A stretch of DNA of 11,649 nucleotides, counting the filler, from Nanobdellota archaeon (GTDB lineage Archaea > Nanobdellota > Nanobdellia > Woesearchaeales > CAZZGN01), in NCBI GenBank assembly GCA_051819665.1. It is 3 parts of 3 records of this genome, joined end to end, with 100 filler letters (N's around TTAATTAATTAA, not from the genome) between each part and the next. Parts side by side here need not be neighbours in the genome. Positions count along the whole stretch, not along the records: positions 4,174 to 8,027 come from JBNJDG010000062.1; positions 8,128 to 11,649 come from JBNJDG010000063.1; 1 more part is not named here. One strand, written 5' to 3'. Position numbers and translations under genes: made by a program. How positions within the stretch are numbered: the stretch's first letter is position 1; the number at the start of each line of letters is the position of its first letter. The notes under the pieces are model-generated. The model saw only the letters and a program-made list of their open reading frames with translations. It made no database searches and had not been told where the DNA came from. This document shows, in pieces, positions 6,908-11,649 of this stretch.

Positions 6908-8027
6908 AGAGAAGATGAAGAAAGAAGGAATCCCGGAGATTGCCATAAAGAACTTCGAATACTATTACAACATGCTCAGGGACAAAAGCAGGGAAGGTAC
7001 TGTGATTCCCGAGAAGGATATAGAAGAAGTGAAAGAGCTTCCCGATGCGGAGAACCTTTCTGAGGAGATGGGAAAGAAGGGACAGGAAGCATTGAAGAAC
7101 ACTGTCATGATAAAACTCAACGGAGGCTTAGGTACGAGCATGGGCCTTGACAAACCGAAGTCAATGCTGAAAGTCAAAGAGGGTCTCTCCTTCCTCGACA
7201 TAACAATAAAACAAGCGGTGAATGACCAGGTGCCTCTTGTATTGATGGACAGTTTCAGGACAAGGGAAGAATCCCTTGAAGTGATGAAGTCATACCCTGA
7301 GCTCAGGCAGGACATTGACTATGATTTTCTCCAGAACAAGGTTCCGAAACTCCTCAAGTCAGACCTCTCGCCGGCAAAGTCAGAGGACAAACCCGAGCTT
7401 GAATGGTGCCCGCCGGGACATGGAGATATCTACCTGGCTCTAAAGACAAGCGGCATGCTTGACAGGATGCTTGACATGGGTTACAGATACGCTTTCGTCT
7501 CGAATGCAGATAACCTGGGAGCTATCATGGACAACTACATCCTCGGATATTTCGCATCTAAAGGCATATCCTTCATGATGGAAGTCGCTGACAGGACAGA
7601 AGCCGACAAGAAAGGCGGTCATATAGCGATGAGAGACAATCAGATGATCCTCAGGGAAGTAGCCCAGTGCCCCGAAGAGGACCTGGAGGAATTCAGGAAT
7701 ATAAACAAACATAAGTTCTTCAATACCAACAGCCTGTGGATCAATCTGGAGAAACTGAAAGAGAAGATGGATGGAACAGGAGGGATCATGAAACTCCCTC
7801 TCATCTGCAACAGCAAGAACCTCGATCCAAGAGATCCTGAAAGCCCGGAAGTCTATCAGCTAGAAACTGCGATGGGATCAGCAATCTCTGTATTCGAGGA
7901 TTCAGAAGCGATAAGAATCCCGAGAAGGAGATTCCTGCCGGTCAAGAAGACCAACGACCTGCTCGCGATAAGATCCGACCGCTACCTTCTGGACAAGGAT
8001 TACAGGGTCATCCGGAATCCCGAGTGT
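6897..8027 (+). CDS. UTP--glucose-1-phosphate uridylyltransferase of the eukaryote-type UDPGP family (not GalU-type); 3' end lost in the gap
   Basis: KLNGGLGTSMG..PKS, FLQNKVPK, WCPPGHGDIY, SNADNLGA, DKKGGH, LREVAQ, FNTNSLW, QLETAMGSAI, RFLPVK. Start placed at ATG 6897 because the ORF-track GTG at 6888 lies within the SD GAGGTGA (6885-6891). Overlaps galT by 11 nt. Confidence 0.94.
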
Positions 8028-8127
8028 NNNNNNNNNNNNNNNNNNNNNNNNNNNNNNNNNNNNNNNNNNNNTTAATTAATTAANNNNNNNNNNNNNNNNN
8101 NNNNNNNNNNNNNNNNNNNNNNNNNNN
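8028..8127. other. Artificial contig/scaffold spacer
   Basis: 44 N + TTAATTAATTAA (8072-8083) + 44 N = 100 nt. Confidence 0.98.
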
Positions 8128-8131
8128 ATAA

Positions 8132-8147
8132 CAGAAAAGTTTATAAA
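8132..8147 (+). promoter_or_regulatory. Archaeal promoter (BRE + TATA box) for psmB-aCPSF1
   Basis: Purine-rich CAGAAAAG (8132-8139) directly followed by TTTATAAA (8140-8147), a consensus BRE/TATA arrangement. Confidence 0.75.
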
Positions 8148-8218
8148 TAATGACTCTCTACATATAGGATAATTGTTCTAGAGACAGATCAAAAATGACT
8201 TCTGAAGAGGTTAAAAAT

Positions 8219-8854
8219 ATGGACGAAAAAGGTGTTTTGAAAACAGGCACAACGACTGTAGGTATTAAATGTAAGGACGGCGTAATTCTGGCAGCTGATA
8301 AGAGAGCTACAGCAGGAAACATGATCGTGGATAAGAAGGCCAGGAAGGTCCATCAGATCAATGAGAAGATGGCCCTGACAACAGCCGGCACGGTTTCTGA
8401 TATCCAGCTCATAACGAAACTTATCAAGGCAGAACTGAAACTCAAATCATTCAGGGTCGGAAGAGAGACGAATGCCAAAGAGGCAGCCAATCTCCTGGCC
8501 GGGATGGTTTATAACAATATAAGGAAGATGAGCATGATACCTGGAGTATCACATTTCCTCTATGGCGGAGCTGACAAGTTCGGCGTACATCTGTATGATG
8601 TATTCGCGGACGGTTCCCTGACGAATGTGGACTCTTTCGTATCTTCCGGCTCCGGAAGCGTCTTCGCTTATGGTGTTATGGAATCCTCTTATGAGGAGAA
8701 CCTTGATACCGAGAATGGTGTGAAGCTTGCTGTAAAGGCTATAAACGCTGCCCTGCAGAGGGACAGTGCTTCCGGTAACGGTATCAATGTGATGAAGATA
8801 ACCAAGGACGGAGCAGAGGAAGTTATGGAAAAGGAGCTTAATCAGCTCCTCTGA
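8219..8854 (+). CDS. psmB: 20S proteasome beta subunit
   Basis: Propeptide cleavage site KTG|TTTVG (catalytic Thr at nt 8249), AADKRAT, TAGTVSD, SGSGS.FAYG, RDSASGNG. Start placed at ATG 8219 (SD GAGGT 8207-8211); ATG 8195 is an alternative. Confidence 0.97.
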   Translation: MDEKGVLKTGTTTVGIKCKDGVILAADKRATAGNMIVDKKARKVHQINEKMALTTAGTVSDIQLITKLIKAELKLKSFRVGRETNAKEAANLLAGMVYNNIRKMSMIPGVSHFLYGGADKFGVHLYDVFADGSLTNVDSFVSSGSGSVFAYGVMESSYEENLDTENGVKLAVKAINAALQRDSASGNGINVMKITKDGAEEVMEKELNQLL

Positions 8855-8879
8855 ATAATCATTACCGAGGTGTATTTCT

Positions 8880-10772
8880 GTGGCGGATATAATCAAAGAG
8901 ATTCTGAAGAATCTCCCTGACGACAAGATAAGCGATGCTGTCTTTGAAGGAGCTAACATAGTCCTCTATACAAAAGACAAGGACTTTTTCCTTAATAATA
9001 ACGGCATGATCAGGGATATTGTGAATAAGATCAAGAAGAGGATCGAGCTTAGACCTGATCCTTCCATAACCATGGACATGGAAGAGGCCAGGGCGAAGAT
9101 CTCTGAAATAATCCCTGAAGATGCAAAGATGGATAATGTCATCTTCGACCCACAGAGATCGATGGTGGTTATAGAAGCCGAAAAACCTGGACTTGTGATC
9201 GGGAAACAGGGCTCCCTTCTGAGAGAATTGAGGGAGAAGACCTTATGGGTCCCCCTGATCAAGAGGACTCCTGCTATAAGATCAGATCTCATAGAGAATA
9301 TAAGGTCAGTTCTTTACCAGAACTCCAATGAAAGGAGGAAATTCCTCAACAAAGTAGGTCACAGGATCTATGACGGATGGATCAGAGGTAAGAAAAGCGA
9401 ATGGATAAGGGTCACCTACCTTGGCAGCGGAAGACAGGTCGGCCGTAGCAGTATCCTTCTCCAGACACCGGAATCGAGGATCCTGCTTGACTGCGGCATG
9501 GACATCGCGAATGAGGATGAGGCTTATCCTTTCCTCGAAGCGCCCGAGATAAACCTCAAAGAGATAGATGCTATCATAATAAGCCATGCGCATCTCGATC
9601 ATTGTGCTCTGGTGCCTTATCTCATCAAATACGGCTATGAAGGACCGATATATTGTACACAGCCCACAAGAGACGTGATGGCTTTGTTACAGCTTGACCT
9701 GATCAAGATCCAGAGAGGGGAAGGGAAAGAGCCTCTCTATACAAGCGATGAAGTTAAGAAGATGGTCAAGCAGACCATACCTATAGACTTCGAGGAAGTG
9801 ACAGACATAACCCCTGATATAAGGATAACATTATACAATGCAGGCCACACACTCGGAAGCTCGATGGTGCACCTGCACATAGGCAACGGCCTTCATAATC
9901 TGCTTTACACAGGAGATATGAAGTACGGCAAGACCAAGCTCCTCGACCCTGCTGTGACGAAATTCCCAAGGTTAGAGACTCTTATGCTTGAAGCAACTTA
10001 CGGAGGGAAGGATAATGTACTCCCTTCAAGACAGGAAGATGAGAATAATTTCGGGAGCATAGTTAAGCAGACTATAAAGAATAATGGAAAAGTTCTCGTG
10101 CCCGTTCTCGGAGTGGGGAGAGCACAGGAAGTTATGGTCCTTGTGGAGGAGATGATAAGGAAAGGCCAACTCCCTGATATACCGATCTATATAGACGGTA
10201 TGGTATGGGATGTGATGGCTATACATACTGCCTATCCGGAATATCTCAACTCCAACATAAGGAATTCCATATTCCATAAGAACCAGAATCCTTTCCTCTT
10301 CGAATCCTTCAAGAGAATAGGGTCACAGAAGGAAAGGAAAGAGGTTCTTGAAAGCGAAGGTCCCTGTCTTGTTCTCGCAACATCAGGTATGTTAGTAGGA
10401 GGGCCGTCAGTGGAATACCTGAAAGCCTTCGGTTCTTATTCCAAGAACAGTCTGATCTTCGTCTCTTACCAGGGAGAAGGCTCCCTGGGAAGGAGGATCC
10501 AGCGTGGCGAGAGAGACATAGCTTTCAGGAACGGCATGAGGAACGAGATGCTCCAGATAAAGATGAATGTGCACAGCATCGAAGGCTTCACCGGCCATTC
10601 GGGTAGACAGGAACTGATGAATTTCGTTAAGAGATCAAACCCTAAGCCTAAGAAAGTCATAATAAACCATGGAGAGAGCTCGAGGACACTGGATCTGGCT
10701 TCTTCGCTTCATAAGGCTTTCCGGATAGAAACCATAGCTCCGAGGAATCTTGAGAGCATAAGGATCAGGTAG
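8880..10772 (+). CDS. fttA: aCPSF1/FttA: KH-domain beta-CASP ribonuclease, archaeal transcription termination factor
   Basis: N-terminal KH domains (FEGANIVLY, KPGLVIGKQG), QVGRS, LLDCG, SHAHLDH, AGHTLGS, YTGD, TSGMLVGGP, GHS, NHGE and C-terminal PRNLESIRIR. SD GAGGTG 8867-8872 with GTG start. Position after psmB is conserved archaeal synteny. Confidence 0.97.
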   Translation: MADIIKEILKNLPDDKISDAVFEGANIVLYTKDKDFFLNNNGMIRDIVNKIKKRIELRPDPSITMDMEEARAKISEIIPEDAKMDNVIFDPQRSMVVIEAEKPGLVIGKQGSLLRELREKTLWVPLIKRTPAIRSDLIENIRSVLYQNSNERRKFLNKVGHRIYDGWIRGKKSEWIRVTYLGSGRQVGRSSILLQTPESRILLDCGMDIANEDEAYPFLEAPEINLKEIDAIIISHAHLDHCALVPYLIKYGYEGPIYCTQPTRDVMALLQLDLIKIQRGEGKEPLYTSDEVKKMVKQTIPIDFEEVTDITPDIRITLYNAGHTLGSSMVHLHIGNGLHNLLYTGDMKYGKTKLLDPAVTKFPRLETLMLEATYGGKDNVLPSRQEDENNFGSIVKQTIKNNGKVLVPVLGVGRAQEVMVLVEEMIRKGQLPDIPIYIDGMVWDVMAIHTAYPEYLNSNIRNSIFHKNQNPFLFESFKRIGSQKERKEVLESEGPCLVLATSGMLVGGPSVEYLKAFGSYSKNSLIFVSYQGEGSLGRRIQRGERDIAFRNGMRNEMLQIKMNVHSIEGFTGHSGRQELMNFVKRSNPKPKKVIINHGESSRTLDLASSLHKAFRIETIAPRNLESIRIR

Positions 10773-11649
10773 AGAATATAGAGACGAAGAAATCCACAAT
10801 ACTCTGGATGAAACCACCTTCATTATCTTCATTCCCTTTTTCTTCATCTTTAAGGAACTCTTCTTTGGATTTCTCTACAGAATCCTTCTCTTTGACCGGA
10901 TCTTCCTTTCCTTCTTTTTCCTCTGCAGGCTCTGTCAGCAGATAAAAGCCAGGCTTCTTGCCTGTATAATTCTTCGGAAGCACCCATATATCCTCGCTGT
11001 TAGTCCTGTTCAATTTTTCATCATATGGTGTTTCAGATTCACATTCAAATTTTACATTGAACAATTTAGACCTTTTTATAGACGGAGATACGAACTCAAC
11101 CCTGTCAAAATAATTCACTTTGCCGGGAGGCACTTCTTCAAAGAAATATCTGGCTTTCCTGTCTCCGTCAACGAATAGGGAACAGAATATCTCTTTCATA
11201 TCGAAAGGATTGTTGTTCTTCACTCTTAGTATTATATCGACACTCTGGGCTATAGTCTCATTGTTTTCCTTTATATCTTCCTTATCATCCAGCTCGATCA
11301 TAGGGAAGATCGAATCTGCATCGACAATCAGATGATCAGTGTCCTTATGGTAATAATTGCCGTCGATAGAGAGCTCAAGCTTATGGGTCAGAGAATAATT
11401 CCCTGTCTTTTCCGGTGTGAATGAATAATTGAATGAACGCTCTGAATCAGCTTCAACAACTCCCTTGTCTTCTATCTTCTCATGAATGCCGTCTGTATCC
11501 AATGAAAGACTGCTTACTCTCATTGTTTTGGGTTTATGATTGGTGATGTTCAGGGAATAATTGACTTCCTGGCCAGGGATCACTGTTTCATTGAAATCTA
11601 CATCATATTCATAAGAGGGTTTGGTTATGATGGAAGTGTTCTTCTCTAT
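10765..11649 (-). CDS. Putative cell-surface glycoprotein with beta-sandwich (Ig/CARDB-like) domains; 5' end outside the window
   Basis: The frame stays open past the ORF-track GTG (11583) to the window edge (IEKNTSIITKPSYEYDVDFNET). PGQEVNYSLNITN and FSFTP-like/GNY patterns, nine N-x-S/T sequons, a K/E-rich linker and C-terminal amphipathic GGFIQSIVDFFVSIFST. Confidence 0.75.
   Translation of the reverse strand: MEKNTSIITKPSYEYDVDFNETVIPGQEVNYSLNITNHKPKTMRVSSLSLDTDGIHEKIEDKGVVEADSERSFNYSFTPEKTGNYSLTHKLELSIDGNYYHKDTDHLIVDADSIFPMIELDDKEDIKENNETIAQSVDIILRVKNNNPFDMKEIFCSLFVDGDRKARYFFEEVPPGKVNYFDRVEFVSPSIKRSKLFNVKFECESETPYDEKLNRTNSEDIWVLPKNYTGKKPGFYLLTEPAEEKEGKEDPVKEKDSVEKSKEEFLKDEEKGNEDNEGGFIQSIVDFFVSIFST

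Noticed and set aside
6897..8075. UGPase and HAD-aldolase as pseudogenes
   Set aside because: Both run open into N gaps and their apparent stops come from the linker.
417..10772. A single super-operon linking polB, glycogen genes and psmB/aCPSF1
   Set aside because: Interrupted by two artificial spacers; order and distance between fragments are unknown, and fragments 2 and 3 have their own promoter-like sites.
8219..10772. psmB-aCPSF1 pairing as a novel protein/RNA degradation system
   Set aside because: Well-known conserved archaeal gene order.
501..10847. Numerous short minus-strand ORFs (e.g. 501-827, 4593-5039, 5235-5654, 8549-8959)
   Set aside because: All lie antisense to well-supported genes, show no recognisable motifs and have the Ser/Phe/Leu-rich composition of shadow ORFs.
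11120..11335. 71-aa hydrophobic + strand ORF as a small membrane protein
   Set aside because: Antisense shadow of the Lys/Glu/Asn-rich surface protein, which explains the hydrophobicity; no independent support.
1..11649. CRISPR arrays, tRNA/rRNA, IS elements, inteins
   Set aside because: Coding density is nearly complete with only short intergenic gaps; no spaced direct repeats, transposase motifs or intein-sized insertions seen by eye.

Overview
Archaeal sequence, probably a DPANN (Woesearchaeota-like) genome bin; the lineage is inferred from psmB-aCPSF1 synteny, BRE/TATA promoters, GAGGTG(A) ribosome-binding sites and a glycosylated surface protein. It is not one continuous locus. Two identical artificial 100-nt spacers (44 N + TTAATTAATTAA + 44 N, at 4074-4173 and 8028-8127) join three fragments, so adjacency across them is unproven. 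Fragment 1: a small protein with a 3-copy internal repeat, a family B DNA polymerase that closely resembles bacterial Pol II but keeps archaeal PolB3-like features, and a HAD-phosphatase/class II aldolase fusion (3' truncated). Fragment 2, the most interesting part: a tightly overlapping operon of GT3 (fungal/animal-type) glycogen synthase, a GalT-like nucleotidyltransferase and a eukaryote-type UDP-glucose pyrophosphorylase (3' truncated), suggesting UDP-glucose-based glycogen synthesis. Fragment 3: proteasome beta subunit, aCPSF1/FttA, and a convergent 5'-truncated putative surface glycoprotein. No RNA genes, CRISPR arrays, IS elements or inteins were recognised. All homology calls come from remembered motifs, not database searches.
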